From: Vicinamibacteria bacterium
Lineage (GTDB): Bacteria; Acidobacteriota; Vicinamibacteria; Marinacidobacterales; Marinacidobacteraceae
NCBI GenBank assembly: GCA_963422395.1
Contig: OY729431.1
Coordinates: 2,272,001 to 2,336,000, forward strand
DNA: 64,000 bases
Reading direction: 5' to 3'
Positions 1 through 10,379 of this stretch are shown piece by piece. Position numbers and translations under genes: made by a program. Under the pieces are notes generated by a model. That model had not been told where the DNA came from and searched no databases. It saw only the letters and a program-made list of their open reading frames with translations. Position 1 is the first letter of the stretch, and every line of letters begins with the position of its first letter.

Positions 1-1
1 C

Positions 2-1933
2 GCCTCGTCGGCGCTAGCCGCCCTGATCGGGTTCGGGTCATCGAACCTCACTCCGGCCGCCGGGTCCGGTTTTCCCTCCGGATCTCACCGGCCGCCGGAA
101 CGGGGAACCGCGAACGGCGAGTGGAGAGCGCTCCCTCCGGCGAAGCAGCTCTACGAAACGGCGCGGCGGGCGGAGGGAAAGCTGCGCGGCTCGCCGCGGG
201 CGATGCGCGACCGCGAGAGCTGGGCGCGCGTAGGGCGTCAGTTCCGGGCCGTAGTGGTTTCCTGGCCCCGGAGCGGCTATTGCGATGACGCGCTCTATTA
301 CGAGGGCAGCGTGTACCGGGACGCGGCGGAGCGTTTCGGCGACCGGCGGTTCGCGGTCCGGGCGAACGACGCCTATGGACTGCTGGTTCGGGGGTATCCG
401 GCCAGCAAGTGGGTTCCCCGAGCGCTGTACGAGCAGGTTCGACTCCATGCCGGCCGCCTCGCGGACCCCACACTGGCCCGACGCATCCTGGCGAAGCTCC
501 GGAAGAAGCCGTCGTGGGCAGCGGAGGCCCGGCTGGCGGCGGGCATTCTCGACCCTCCGGCGAAAAGGGAATCCGCGGCGCCGGCGGCGGCACCGCCGCC
601 TACGGCTCCGCCCCCCGCCGTCCAGACGAAAAATGTCACATCCAGACGCGAGCCGCCCGCCTCCCCTCCGGCCATCGTCCGCAACATCCGGCACTGGGTA
701 GGGCAGTCGCACACCCGCGTCGTGATCGATCTGAACAAACGGGCGCCTCACACGGAGGGGCAGCTCCGCAACCCCGACCGGGTGTTCTTCGACCTCCACG
801 GGGCGTCGCTCGCCGAAACCCTGGAAGACCGCGAGTTTCCGATCGCGGATTCCCATCTCCGCCGCATCCGCGTCTCGAATCGGGAACCGCAAGATGTTCG
901 CGTGGTGCTCGATTTCTCGAGCATCCGGGAGGTGACGGTCTTCGAATTGCCCGATCCCTATCGGCTGGTGGTGGACATCCACGGAGCGCCGCCGGTGGCG
1001 GTGGCGGCAGCGGGAAACCCGGAAACGGAAGCCGAGCCCCCGGACCTGTCGGCGGAACGGCCGGCGGCCGCGGAGGGAATTCGGACGGCCGAGGGGGAAG
1101 CTGCCGCCGCTTCCGCCCCGGTCGAGAGCGGTGCCGCTCCGCGGCCCGAAGCGCCGGCGGAGCTGGGAGCGCCGACGCTGCCCGAGCGAAGCGGCACCGG
1201 TTATTCGCTCGCGCGTCAGCTGGGCGCCGGAGTGCGGCGCATCGTGATCGATGCCGGACACGGAGGCAAGGATCCGGGAACCCGGGCCGGAAGCCTCCGC
1301 GAGAAGGACATCGTCCTCGACATCGCGACGATGGTTCGCGAGAACCTGGAGGAAAGAGGGTTCGAGGTGGTGATGACCCGGCACCGGGATGTGTTCCTGC
1401 CACTCGAGCAGCGCGCCTTCATCGCCAACGACGCGAGCGCCGACATCTTCGTCTCCATCCATGCGAACGCCGCGCGAAACCGGCGGGCGCGCGGCCTCGA
1501 AACCTTCTACCTGAACCTCGCGACTTCACCCGACGCCGCCGAGGTGGCAGCGCGCGAGAACGCCGCCACCAGCGAAGTCCGCATCTCGGACCTGCCGAAA
1601 CTGCTGGAACAGATCATGAACCACAACCGGGTGGAGGAATCCCGGGAGCTGGCGGGCACGATGCAGGAAGCGATCGCCGAGCGAATTCTCGGGAGGGTGA
1701 AGCATCCGCTGAATCGGGGAGTGAAGACCGCGGGCTTCCATGTGCTGCTGGGGGCGCAGATGCCGGCCATCCTGGTGGAGGTCGGTTTCGTCACCAACTC
1801 CGAAGAAGCGAAGCTGCTTCGGACGAGCGCCCACCGCCGGAAACTGGCGGCGTCCATCAGCGAAGGGGTCGCGCGCTACGCGAAGACCCTGGGGCAGCTC
1901 CCCGCCGCGACCGCCGACCGGTCCGGGCAGTGA
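2..1933 (+). CDS. N-acetylmuramoyl-L-alanine amidase (TPR-like N-terminus + AMIN domain + Amidase_3), 5'-truncated by the window edge
   Basis: The frame is open from base 2. AMIN motifs TRVVIDL, NPDRVFFDL and PYRLVVDI are present, with Amidase_3 motifs IVIDAGHGGKDPG, FVSIHANA and AILVEVGFVTN. Confidence 0.92.
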   Translation, partial: ASSALAALIGFGSSNLTPAAGSGFPSGSHRPPERGTANGEWRALPPAKQLYETARRAEGKLRGSPRAMRDRESWARVGRQFRAVVVSWPRSGYCDDALYYEGSVYRDAAERFGDRRFAVRANDAYGLLVRGYPASKWVPRALYEQVRLHAGRLADPTLARRILAKLRKKPSWAAEARLAAGILDPPAKRESAAPAAAPPPTAPPPAVQTKNVTSRREPPASPPAIVRNIRHWVGQSHTRVVIDLNKRAPHTEGQLRNPDRVFFDLHGASLAETLEDREFPIADSHLRRIRVSNREPQDVRVVLDFSSIREVTVFELPDPYRLVVDIHGAPPVAVAAAGNPETEAEPPDLSAERPAAAEGIRTAEGEAAAASAPVESGAAPRPEAPAELGAPTLPERSGTGYSLARQLGAGVRRIVIDAGHGGKDPGTRAGSLREKDIVLDIATMVRENLEERGFEVVMTRHRDVFLPLEQRAFIANDASADIFVSIHANAARNRRARGLETFYLNLATSPDAAEVAARENAATSEVRISDLPKLLEQIMNHNRVEESRELAGTMQEAIAERILGRVKHPLNRGVKTAGFHVLLGAQMPAILVEVGFVTNSEEAKLLRTSAHRRKLAASISEGVARYAKTLGQLPAATADRSGQ

Positions 1934-1979
1934 TTTCGGCCGGCCTTCTCCGGCCCTGCTGCACTCCTCATGCCTGCCG

Positions 1980-2052
<73 letters not shown>

Positions 2053-2139
2053 TGCTGGCAACCTGTGGCCGACTGCCGTGCGGCTTCCTCCGCAGGCGGC
2101 TGACGCCGCACCCCGAGGGCGCGATAGTTTCGCACAGCG

Positions 2140-3171
2140 TCACTCGTCGGCGGACTCGGCCGGCAGATCGAGCGCCTCCCGCACCCGGGACTCCAGCTCG
2201 GCGAGCAGGGGCTCGTCCTCGAGGAGGGCGCGGCGGACCTTCTCCTTTCCCTGGCCGATCTGTTCGCCGCCGTAGGAGTACCACGCGCCGCTCTTCTCGA
2301 TGATCCGTTCGCGCACGCCGAGATCGACGAGATCCCCGACCCGGGAGATGCCCTCACCGTAGCGGACATCGAACTCGGCCTGGCGGAACGGGGGGGCCAC
2401 CTTGTTCTTGACGATCTTGACCCGGGTGCGGTTGCCGACCACGGTATCCCCTTCCTTGAGCGCGCCGATCCGGCGGATGTCCACCCGCACCGAGGAATAG
2501 AACTTGAGCGCGCGGCCGCCGGTGGTGGTCTCGGGGCTGCCGAACATGACCCCGATCTTTTCGCGGAGCTGATTGATGAAGACGAGACAGGTCGCCGACT
2601 TGGAGACGATTCCGGTCAGCTTCCGGAGGGCCTTCGACATGAGCCGGGCCTGCAGCCCCACCTGCGCGTCACCCATCTCGCCGTCGAGTTCGGCGCGGGG
2701 CACGAGGGCCGCCACCGAATCCACGATGACGACATCCACCGAGCCGCTCCGCACCAGTGTTTCGGTGATCTCGAGCGCCTGTTCGCCGTCATCGGGCTGG
2801 GACACCAGCAGTTCCTCGATGTTCACTCCGAGGGCACGGGAATATTCGGGATCGAGGGCATGTTCGGCGTCCACGAAGGCCGCCACGCCGCCCCCGGCCT
2901 GGGCCGAAGCGACCACCGTCAAAGCCAGGGTGGTCTTCCCCGACGATTCCGGACCGAAGACCTCGACGACACGCCCGCGGGGGAACCCGCCGACTCCGAG
3001 GGCGGCATCCACCGAGAGAATCCGGGTCGGGATCGCCGAAATATCCATCGCCGACGACCCGAGCTGCATGATGGCGCCCTGGCCGTACTGCTTCTTGATC
3101 TGCTCGATAGCGATGTCGAGCGCCCGGGAGCGCTGGTCGACAGCCCGGTTCGACTGGGGTTTCGATGGCAT
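2140..3171 (-). CDS. recA: Recombinase RecA
   Basis: Walker [10 protein letters not shown], plus [10 protein letters not shown] and [12 protein letters not shown]. Start placed at ATG 3171 behind a GGAGG RBS. Confidence 0.99.
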   Translation of the reverse strand: MPSKPQSNRAVDQRSRALDIAIEQIKKQYGQGAIMQLGSSAMDISAIPTRILSVDAALGVGGFPRGRVVEVFGPESSGKTTLALTVVASAQAGGGVAAFVDAEHALDPEYSRALGVNIEELLVSQPDDGEQALEITETLVRSGSVDVVIVDSVAALVPRAELDGEMGDAQVGLQARLMSKALRKLTGIVSKSATCLVFINQLREKIGVMFGSPETTTGGRALKFYSSVRVDIRRIGALKEGDTVVGNRTRVKIVKNKVAPPFRQAEFDVRYGEGISRVGDLVDLGVRERIIEKSGAWYSYGGEQIGQGKEKVRRALLEDEPLLAELESRVREALDLPAESADE

Positions 3172-3297
3172 CGAGGGAACCTCCTGCGGTTCGTGCGGAT
3201 CGGGAGCGGCGGTTTGCCGCCGGCATCCGAATTCGGAATCTGACTCTAGAGACGGAAATCGGGACGGTTTCTTCCCACCCTGCCCCAAAAAGCCGGT

Positions 3298-4185
3298 TCA
3301 GACGGAAGCGGAACCTCTCGGTTCCCGGTAGTCGAAGAAGCCGCGGCCCGTCTTTTTCCCCAGCCTTCCGGCATCCACGAGCTTCACGAGCAGCGGGCAG
3401 GGGCGATAGCGGGGGTCCCCGTACCCGGCCTGCAGCACGCGCAAGATGTCGAGGACCACATCGAGTCCGATGAAGTCGGCGAGGGTGAGCGGCCCCATCG
3501 GGTGGCGCATTCCGAGCCGCATGATCCGGTCGATGTCCTCGGCGGAGCCGACGCCCTCCATGAGCGCCCCGGCGGCCTCGTTGATCATCGGAATGAGGAT
3601 CCGGTTGGCGACGAAGCCGGGAGCGTCGTTCACTGCGCACGGAGTCTTTCCCAACCGCCGGGCGAGGTCCATGGTGTGGTCGAAGACGGCGTCCGAAGTA
3701 GCGAGCCCGCGGATGACCTCGACGAGTTCCATCACCGGAACCGGATTCATGAAGTGCATGCCGATGAACCGGTCTGCGCGGCCGGAGGCGGCACCGAGCC
3801 GAGTGATCGAGATCGAGGAGGTGTTCGTGGCGACGACCGCCTCCCGGGCGAGGAGGGAATCGAGGTCCTCGTAGAGGGCGCGTTTCCTCGCCTCGTCCTC
3901 GACGATGGCCTCGACGATGAAACCGGAATCGGCGGCGGGAGCCAATCCGGTCCCCGGCCGGATACGGGCGAGCGCGGCCTTCGCTTCAGCCTCCCGGATC
4001 GTGCCGCGCTTCACCAGGCGGCCGAGGTTCTTCTCGATCGCGGCCATGCCGCGCGCAGTGAGCGCTTCGCCGAGGTCGAGGAGGCGCACCTCGAAACCGG
4101 CAGCGGCGAAGACCTGGGCGATTCCGTTCCCCATCGTGCCGGCGCCGATCACGGCGGCCCGTTCGAAGTGCCCGGGATCAGGCAA
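3298..4185 (-). CDS. 3-hydroxybutyryl-CoA / 3-hydroxyacyl-CoA dehydrogenase
   Basis: Motifs [31 protein letters not shown] and PMGP. Likely TTG start at 4185, overlapping the thiolase end, with GGAG upstream. Confidence 0.95.
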   Translation of the reverse strand: MPDPGHFERAAVIGAGTMGNGIAQVFAAAGFEVRLLDLGEALTARGMAAIEKNLGRLVKRGTIREAEAKAALARIRPGTGLAPAADSGFIVEAIVEDEARKRALYEDLDSLLAREAVVATNTSSISITRLGAASGRADRFIGMHFMNPVPVMELVEVIRGLATSDAVFDHTMDLARRLGKTPCAVNDAPGFVANRILIPMINEAAGALMEGVGSAEDIDRIMRLGMRHPMGPLTLADFIGLDVVLDILRVLQAGYGDPRYRPCPLLVKLVDAGRLGKKTGRGFFDYREPRGSASV

Positions 4186-5452
4186 CTTCGACTCCGAGGG
4201 CGATTCCGTTCCCGCCGCCGAGACAGAGACTCGCCACGCCGCGGGCCGGTCTCGCCGCGCTCGGCGCCGCTTCCCCCCGCCGCTGCCTTCCGCCACCCGT
4301 CGCCGCGGAATAGAGCAGGGTGGTCAGGATGCGGGCGCCGCTCGCTCCGATGGGATGTCCGAGCGCGACGGCTCCGCCCTTCGGGTTCGTGCGGTCCGAG
4401 GGGAGCGAGAGTTCACGCTGTACCGCGACCGTCTGCGCCGCGAACGCCTCGTTGATCTCGAAGCAGTCCACTTCGTCCACCGTCCATTCGAGCCGCTGGA
4501 GCAGGGTGCGCACCGCGGGCACCGGAGTCATCATCACCCATTCGGGATCGAGCCCGGAAACCGACTGCCCGACGATGCGGGCGAAGCGTGGAAGCTGGAA
4601 ACGGCGGACGGCGGTGTCCGAGGCGATCACCAGCGCGGCGGCGCCGTCGTTCACTCCCGGGGCATTCCCGGCGGTGACCCGGCCCCCTTCGCGGAAAATC
4701 GGGCGCAGACGGGAAAGCGTTTCTACGGTGGTGTCCGGACGGATGGCCTCGTCGCGGTCCACGAAGCGGACGCCCTTCCGGTCCGTGACTTCCACCGGGA
4801 GCAGTTCGGCGGCGAACCGACCGGCCTCGGTCGCCGCGAATGCGCGGCGATGGCTCTCGACGGCAGCAGCATCCATCGCCTCCCGGGTCACACCGTAGCG
4901 GTCGGCGGCGCGCTCGGCGGTCTCACCCATGGGGATGCCGAGCATTGCGTCGGTGAGGCCGTCGTGGACCAGCGAGTCCACGAGCTGCCCATTTCCCATC
5001 CGCCGCCCCGCGCGCAGTCCGGAGAGCAGGTGCGGCACGTTGGACATGGACTCCATGCCGCCGGCGACCACGATCTCCGCGTCGCCGGACAGAATCGCCT
5101 GGCGCGCCAGCATCACCGCCTTGAGGCCGGAACCACAGACCTTGTTGATGGTGAGCGCCGCGGCGGCGGGAGGGAGTCCCGCCCGCAGGGCAGCCTGGCG
5201 GGCCGGGTTCTGCCCGAGTCCGGCGCCGAGGACATTGCCGAGGATGACTTCATCCACGGCCTCGGGAGGTACCCCGGCGCGGGCCACCGCTTCCCGAACC
5301 ACCAGGGCGCCGAGCTCGGGGGCGGAGAGGGGCGCAAGGCCGCCGAGCAATCTGCCGATGGGGGTGCGGACCGCCGAAGCGATCCAGACCGGTGAGCGCC
5401 CTCCCGGCGGGACGGAAGAGAAAGGGGCCGGAGCGGCCGGGAGAGGACTCAT
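4178..5452 (-). CDS. Acetyl-CoA C-acyltransferase (thiolase)
   Basis: Catalytic motifs [20 protein letters not shown] and LCLGGG. Confidence 0.96.
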   Translation of the reverse strand: MSPLPAAPAPFSSVPPGGRSPVWIASAVRTPIGRLLGGLAPLSAPELGALVVREAVARAGVPPEAVDEVILGNVLGAGLGQNPARQAALRAGLPPAAAALTINKVCGSGLKAVMLARQAILSGDAEIVVAGGMESMSNVPHLLSGLRAGRRMGNGQLVDSLVHDGLTDAMLGIPMGETAERAADRYGVTREAMDAAAVESHRRAFAATEAGRFAAELLPVEVTDRKGVRFVDRDEAIRPDTTVETLSRLRPIFREGGRVTAGNAPGVNDGAAALVIASDTAVRRFQLPRFARIVGQSVSGLDPEWVMMTPVPAVRTLLQRLEWTVDEVDCFEINEAFAAQTVAVQRELSLPSDRTNPKGGAVALGHPIGASGARILTTLLYSAATGGGRQRRGEAAPSAARPARGVASLCLGGGNGIALGVEVA

Positions 5453-5823
5453 GCACCGCCAGGGGATCCCGGACTGCGCTTCGCGGTCCGGGCCCCGGAG
5501 CCGAGAACGCGCAGCCTGAGCCTCGCGTCCGGGAGGCCCGCGGCGCCGAGCAGGGCGGTGCGCATTTCCTTCGTTCGGCGGCGAACCCGAGAAACCACTG
5601 CCGGATCCTCGACCCGGATCGTCAGCACGCCCCGTTCGAGGGCTTCGGGAACCGCCTGGCCGGAGAGGTCTTCGGGGACCACCCGGGGCCAGAGTTCGCG
5701 GACGAAAGCGAGATCGAGGAGGCGTTCCTGAACGCGGCGCGGAAGCGCGAGACCGAGCAGCTCACCCACCGGAACCGGATCGCCTCGCCGCCGGCTCGGG
5801 AACGCCGGGGAAACGCTCCGCAT
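5449..5823 (-). CDS. DUF721 / DciA family protein
   Basis: The pattern W..VV...L.....P..LE.GVL.I.V fits DUF721. The stop overlaps the thiolase start (ATGA). ATG 5823 has TACCAT 8 nt upstream. Confidence 0.75.
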   Translation of the reverse strand: MRSVSPAFPSRRRGDPVPVGELLGLALPRRVQERLLDLAFVRELWPRVVPEDLSGQAVPEALERGVLTIRVEDPAVVSRVRRRTKEMRTALLGAAGLPDARLRLRVLGSGARTAKRSPGSPGGA

Positions 5824-5983
5824 CGAAGAGGATGGTATCGCGCCGGAGGAGAGGGAACCGCTATTCGCAGCCGTGCCCAGCCCGCAGTCTTCGCCGCCAG
5901 AAGCGGCGCGCGTGCCGCGGTGCGGAGGGGAGCCCGGCGCAGTGGCGCCGAGATACTTCGCAGCTCGTCGGCCGGGGGCCTCT

Positions 5984-6002
5984 GTCCACAGGCTGCTATA
6001 GT
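5984..6002 (+). promoter_or_regulatory. Extended -10 promoter (TGcTATAGT) overlapping shared motif GTCCACAGGCTGCTA
   Basis: The 15-mer is identical to 10380-10394, and both copies begin 57 nt before an ATG. Confidence 0.65.
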
Positions 6003-6040
6003 CGCCGCTCTCGGAAGACCGATCGTTTCGGAGGACTTCG

Positions 6041-6721
6041 ATGGCCCAGACCAAGCATCCAGAAGATCCGCGCCGGGGACTCGCCGGCGAGGGCCGCGGG
6101 ACGGCGGAGACGCGGGCTTCCGGTTCGTTTTCCCGGCGTCGCTTCCTGAAGGGGAGCGCAGCCGCCGGGGCTGCGTCGGCCGGGCTGTTTCCGGGATTTC
6201 TCGATGACGCCGCGGCGCAGGGCGAACCGGGAGTCGCCGGACCCGACGCGGTGGACATGGCGTTCCGGATCAACGGGAAAGCGTACGTGGCCACCCTGGA
6301 ACCGCGGGTGACGCTTCTCGATGCCCTGCGCAACCATCTGGATCTGACCGGCTCGAAAAAAGTCTGCGACCGCGGAACCTGCGGGGCCTGTACCGTGCTG
6401 CTCGACGGCGAACCGGCGTATGCGTGTTCCGTGCTGGCGATCGAGGCCCAGGGCACTGCGATCACCACCATCGAGGGTCTCGGTTCCCCGGAGCGGATGC
6501 ACCCGATCCAACAGGCGTTCGTGGACCACGACGCCCAGCAGTGCGGCTTCTGCACGCCGGGATTCGTAGTGGCGAGCAAAGCGCTGCTCGACCGTCATCC
6601 CAACCCCGACCTGGACACGATCCACCGGGAACTGGGCGGCAATCTCTGCCGCTGCGGCACCTACGCCGGAATCCGGGCGGCGGTGGCTCAGGCCTCCGGA
6701 GGAGGAACAGCGAATGGCTGA
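6041..6721 (+). CDS. Xanthine dehydrogenase-family [2Fe-2S] subunit with Tat signal (PaoA/YagT-like)
   Basis: Twin-arginine motif SRRRFLK. Cluster ligands CDRGTCGAC..C, QCGFC and CRC. Confidence 0.95.
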   Translation: MAQTKHPEDPRRGLAGEGRGTAETRASGSFSRRRFLKGSAAAGAASAGLFPGFLDDAAAQGEPGVAGPDAVDMAFRINGKAYVATLEPRVTLLDALRNHLDLTGSKKVCDRGTCGACTVLLDGEPAYACSVLAIEAQGTAITTIEGLGSPERMHPIQQAFVDHDAQQCGFCTPGFVVASKALLDRHPNPDLDTIHRELGGNLCRCGTYAGIRAAVAQASGGGTANG

Positions 6722-8840
6722 ATACAACTGGCCCGCAGCAGCAGACCGCCGGCTCATCGGCTCGCGCCTCAGCCGGCTGGACGGCCCGGTCAAGGTCACC
6801 GGACGCGCGAAGTACGCCTACGACCGCAACCGGCTGGGAATGCTCTGGGCGCAGATGGTCCAGAGCCCGCACGCTCACGCGCGCATCACCGCGATCGACA
6901 CTTCGGCCGCCGAGGCGCTGGAAGGGGTGGTGAAGGTCCATGTCATCCAGGATGTGGGGACCGAGATCCAATGGGCCCATGACGAGATCGCGGCGGTGGC
7001 GGCGACTTCCGAAGAGGCCGCGCGCGACGGCGCCGCCGCGGTGAAGATCGAGTACGAGGTGCTCCCGCACTTCGTGGAGGAGCGCCGGTTGGACGACGCG
7101 CCCGACGCACAACCCGCTCAGGCGGAGACCACCGGCGATCCGGCGGCGGCGATGGCTTCCGCCGCCACCCGGGCCGGAGGCTCCTACCATGCGGCCCAGA
7201 TCGCTCATTGTTCCCTCGAATCGCACGGACAGGCCGCCGAGTGGGAAGACGCGGAAACTCTGACCGTGTGGGCTTCGACCCAGGCCATCTCCGGCATCGC
7301 CTCGCAGCTCGGGGAAGCGCTCGGCATCCCGGCTTCCAATGTCCACATCGAGACCCAATACATGGGCGGCGGCTTCGGCAGCAAGTTCAGCGCCGACCGC
7401 TGGGGGGTCGTCTGCGCCGAACTCGCACGGATGACCGGCCGGCCGGTCAAGCTGATGCTGGACCGCGACCAGGAGGTGAGCGTCGCGGGGGCGCGGCCCT
7501 CGACCCATGCCGAGGTCGAGCTGGCAGCCGATGCCGAAGGCAATGTGGTCGCCTGGAACTCGAAGAGCTGGGGCTCCGGGGGACCGGCGGGCGCCGGCTC
7601 GCCGCCGATCCCGTATGTCTTCGGCTTCGACCACCAGACCCACGCCCACACCTCGGTGCCCACGAACACGGGCCCGGCGCGGGCCTGGAGAGCGCCGAAC
7701 CATCCGCAGGCGTGTTTCGTCACCATGCGGGCCCTCGAAGACCTCGCGCACGCAGCCGGGATGGACCCGCTCGCGTTCTTTTTGCAGAACATCGAGCGGA
7801 CCGGCGATCGAGCGAATGTCTATACCGACGAGCTCGAGAAGGGCGCAGAGTTGATGGGCTGGCGCGAGCGCTGGCGCCCGCGGGGGTCGGCCGGCGGGAC
7901 CGTGCGCTCCGGGCTCGGCCTTGCGATGCATACCTGGGGGGGGCGCGGCCACCGCAGCAACTGCGAAGTGCTGGCCTACCGCGACGGGCTCGTCGAGGCG
8001 CGGATCGGCAGCCAGGACCTCGGCACGGGCACCCGCACCGTGATCGCCCTGGTGCTCGCCGAAACCTTCGGACTCGGCATCGAGCAGGTCGAAGTGACGA
8101 TGGGCCGCAGCGTGCTTCCGGCTTCGGGCGCTTCGGGAGGAAGCACCACGGTGGGCGGGGTCAGCGGCTCCACCCGGCGCGCGGCGCTGAACGCCGTGGA
8201 TGCGGTCTTCGAACGGATCGCGCCCCGGCTCGGCACCGAGCCTTCGAACCTCCGGCTCGCCGATGGACGGCTGCACTTCGCCGACGGCTCGGCCGAGCCG
8301 ATGCCCTGGCGGCAGGCGGCGGCCCTCATCGGAGTGAATCCGGTGACCGCCACCGGCGCGAACCCCGGGCCCGGCTCGCTGACCGACAGCGGCGTCTGCG
8401 GCGTCCAGATGGCGGATGTGAGCGTGGACATGGAAACCGGAGTGGTCGGGATCAACCGACTGGTCGCGGTCCAGGACTGCGGGCTCGTCCTCGACCTGAA
8501 GACCGCCGAGAGCCAGGTGTACGGCGCGCTCATCATGGGAGTGACCTACGCTCTGACCGAAGAGCGCGTCTTCGATCCGTTGACCGGCCGGATGCTGAAC
8601 GCCGACATGGAGTTCTACAAGCTCGCCGGCATCGCGGATGTGGGCGAGATGATCGTCCACATGATGACCGGGCCCGGCTACGACGAGCGCGGAGTCATCG
8701 GGCTGGGCGAGCCGCCGGTCATCTCGCCGGGAGCGGCGATCGCGAATGCGGCTTCGAACGCCGCCGGAGTCCCGATCAACGAGTTGCCGATGACCCCCGA
8801 GCGAGTGCTCGCCGCGATCGAAGCGGGAGGGATGGCCTGA
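6714..8840 (+). CDS. Xanthine dehydrogenase-family molybdopterin-binding subunit
   Basis: Motifs KVTGRAKYAYD, GGGFGSK, WRAP, QDLGTG, GGS and GLGEPP (catalytic Glu). Confidence 0.95.
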   Translation: MAEYNWPAAADRRLIGSRLSRLDGPVKVTGRAKYAYDRNRLGMLWAQMVQSPHAHARITAIDTSAAEALEGVVKVHVIQDVGTEIQWAHDEIAAVAATSEEAARDGAAAVKIEYEVLPHFVEERRLDDAPDAQPAQAETTGDPAAAMASAATRAGGSYHAAQIAHCSLESHGQAAEWEDAETLTVWASTQAISGIASQLGEALGIPASNVHIETQYMGGGFGSKFSADRWGVVCAELARMTGRPVKLMLDRDQEVSVAGARPSTHAEVELAADAEGNVVAWNSKSWGSGGPAGAGSPPIPYVFGFDHQTHAHTSVPTNTGPARAWRAPNHPQACFVTMRALEDLAHAAGMDPLAFFLQNIERTGDRANVYTDELEKGAELMGWRERWRPRGSAGGTVRSGLGLAMHTWGGRGHRSNCEVLAYRDGLVEARIGSQDLGTGTRTVIALVLAETFGLGIEQVEVTMGRSVLPASGASGGSTTVGGVSGSTRRAALNAVDAVFERIAPRLGTEPSNLRLADGRLHFADGSAEPMPWRQAAALIGVNPVTATGANPGPGSLTDSGVCGVQMADVSVDMETGVVGINRLVAVQDCGLVLDLKTAESQVYGALIMGVTYALTEERVFDPLTGRMLNADMEFYKLAGIADVGEMIVHMMTGPGYDERGVIGLGEPPVISPGAAIANAASNAAGVPINELPMTPERVLAAIEAGGMA

Positions 8841-8841
8841 C

Positions 8842-9792
8842 ATGCGCGCCTTCGAATACACCAGCCCGCGGACCGCGAGCGACGCGGTCCGGATGCTTTC
8901 CGTCGAAGGCGCCGCCGCGCTCGCCGGGGGCACGGACCTGCTTTCCCTGATGAAGGACGGGGCGGCGTCCCCCACTCGCCTCGTCAACCTGAAAGGGATC
9001 CGCGAACTCGCCGGCGCCCACGAAACCGATGGCGAACTTCGGATCGGCGCCACCACCCGGCTGGGACCGCTGGGCGAGCACCGGCGGATCCGCGAGTCGT
9101 TCCCGGCGGTCGCCCAGGCCATCGCCGGGGTGGGCAGCCGGCAGGTGTTGACGATGCGGACCGTGGGCGGCGATCTTTGCCAGCGGCCGCGCTGCTGGTA
9201 CTTCCGTGCCGGCTTCGGGCTCGTGCCGATGCACGAGGGCCGGTCCATGGTGAAGACGGGCGACAATCGGTACCACGCGATCTTCGGGAACGGTGGGGCG
9301 GCGGCGTTCGTGAACCCGTCGGGCCTCGCCCCCCCGCTCATGGCGCTCGGAGCCTCGCTGCACATCCTGGGTCCGGACGGTGAGCGCACCATGGCGCTCG
9401 AGGAGCTCTACCGGACGCCGACGAGCAGCGAGGAGAGCGAGTTCACCCTCGCTGCGGGCGAGATCGTCACCTCGGTCACGATTCCGATGCGAGAGACCCG
9501 GAACGCGACCTACGAAGTGCGGAACCGGAAAGGCTTCGACTGGCCGCTCGCCACCGCTTCGATAGCAGTCGGCGGCGAAGGCGCTCGCGTGGTGCTGGGC
9601 CATGTCGCCCCGACCCCCTGGAGTAGCACGGCCGCCGCCGAAGCGCTCGCCGGGGGCATCACCGAAGCGAGTGCCGAACGGGCTGCCGCGGCTGCGGTCG
9701 CCGATGCGTCGGCGCTCTCCGGCAACGCCTACAAGATCCAGCTCGCGCGAGTCGCGGTGAAGCGTGCTGCGCTCGCCGCCATGGAGGGCTAG
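8842..9792 (+). CDS. Xanthine dehydrogenase-family FAD-binding subunit
   Basis: Motifs ALAGGTDLL, TVGGDLCQRPRC and ALSGNAYK. Confidence 0.93.
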   Translation: MRAFEYTSPRTASDAVRMLSVEGAAALAGGTDLLSLMKDGAASPTRLVNLKGIRELAGAHETDGELRIGATTRLGPLGEHRRIRESFPAVAQAIAGVGSRQVLTMRTVGGDLCQRPRCWYFRAGFGLVPMHEGRSMVKTGDNRYHAIFGNGGAAAFVNPSGLAPPLMALGASLHILGPDGERTMALEELYRTPTSSEESEFTLAAGEIVTSVTIPMRETRNATYEVRNRKGFDWPLATASIAVGGEGARVVLGHVAPTPWSSTAAAEALAGGITEASAERAAAAAVADASALSGNAYKIQLARVAVKRAALAAMEG

Positions 9793-9795
9793 ACG

Positions 9796-10056
9796 ATGGC
9801 CACGAACACGAAGCTCCCGAAAAGCGCGGTGCCCGCCGCCGCCGGACGCGCGGCTTTCGCGCTCTGCCACCGCCTTCGCTCCAAGGCGATGTACATGGAT
9901 GTCGAATACGACCCGAGCGTGCCCGGCGGGGTGCCCGGCGACGGCTACTTCTGGTGCACCCACACGATGAACTGCCTCGGCCCGGACGGCCGGGTGGCGG
10001 ACCGGGATCGGTGCACGGAGGGTTCGGCGCGAACCTGCTTCGAGAGAGCCTATTAG
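9796..10056 (+). CDS. Small Cys-rich hypothetical protein (86 aa, 5 Cys)
   Basis: GGAGG RBS, 3 nt after the FAD-subunit stop. Sequence C-x-x-LRSK-x-MY ... FWC-x-x-T-x-x-CLGPD ... C ... CF. Confidence 0.8.
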   Translation: MATNTKLPKSAVPAAAGRAAFALCHRLRSKAMYMDVEYDPSVPGGVPGDGYFWCTHTMNCLGPDGRVADRDRCTEGSARTCFERAY

Positions 10057-10060
10057 GCTA

Positions 10061-10230
10061 CCGGAGGGAGGGGATCCCCGTTCCTGGGCGACGACCGAAC
10101 AGGACATCGGGCGCCGACGGGCTAGGGGAACGGGGCGCCCCTCCCTCCGGGCGGCGATCCGGATCGCTCCGCGATTCCTCCCGCCCCTCTTCGCGGGGAG
10201 GGGATCCCCCTCCCCGCACCCCTCCCCGGG
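10061..10230. repeat. Solo copy of a structured intergenic repeat element (related to the 172-bp array unit, opposite orientation)
   Basis: Stem 10061-10084/10127-10150 encloses a ~40-nt loop. Palindrome GCGGGGAGGGG-ATC-CCCCTCCCCGC at 10193-10217. 10150-10230 aligns by eye to the reverse complement of the 56.2-57.0 kb unit. Confidence 0.8.
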
Positions 10231-10379
10231 GGAGCAGGCTCCGCTCCGAATCGGCTGCGCAGCCTGTGGATGAAGCGGCGCGAACCCCAAGATCTGGTCC
10301 AATGGTCCCGGTGGGGCGCCGCCGGCCCTCGACCGGGAGCCGCTCGCGACTCGGCAATGCCGTATGGCCATATGACTTC

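Noticed and set aside
4235-4300. Frameshift or pseudogene in the thiolase C-terminus
   Set aside because: The Gly/Arg/Ala-rich insertion is in frame, and the CLGGG catalytic motif follows intact.
5824-6040. Replication origin beside the dciA-like gene
   Set aside because: There is only one DnaA-box-like sequence here, no AT-rich unwinding element, and no dnaA/dnaN nearby.
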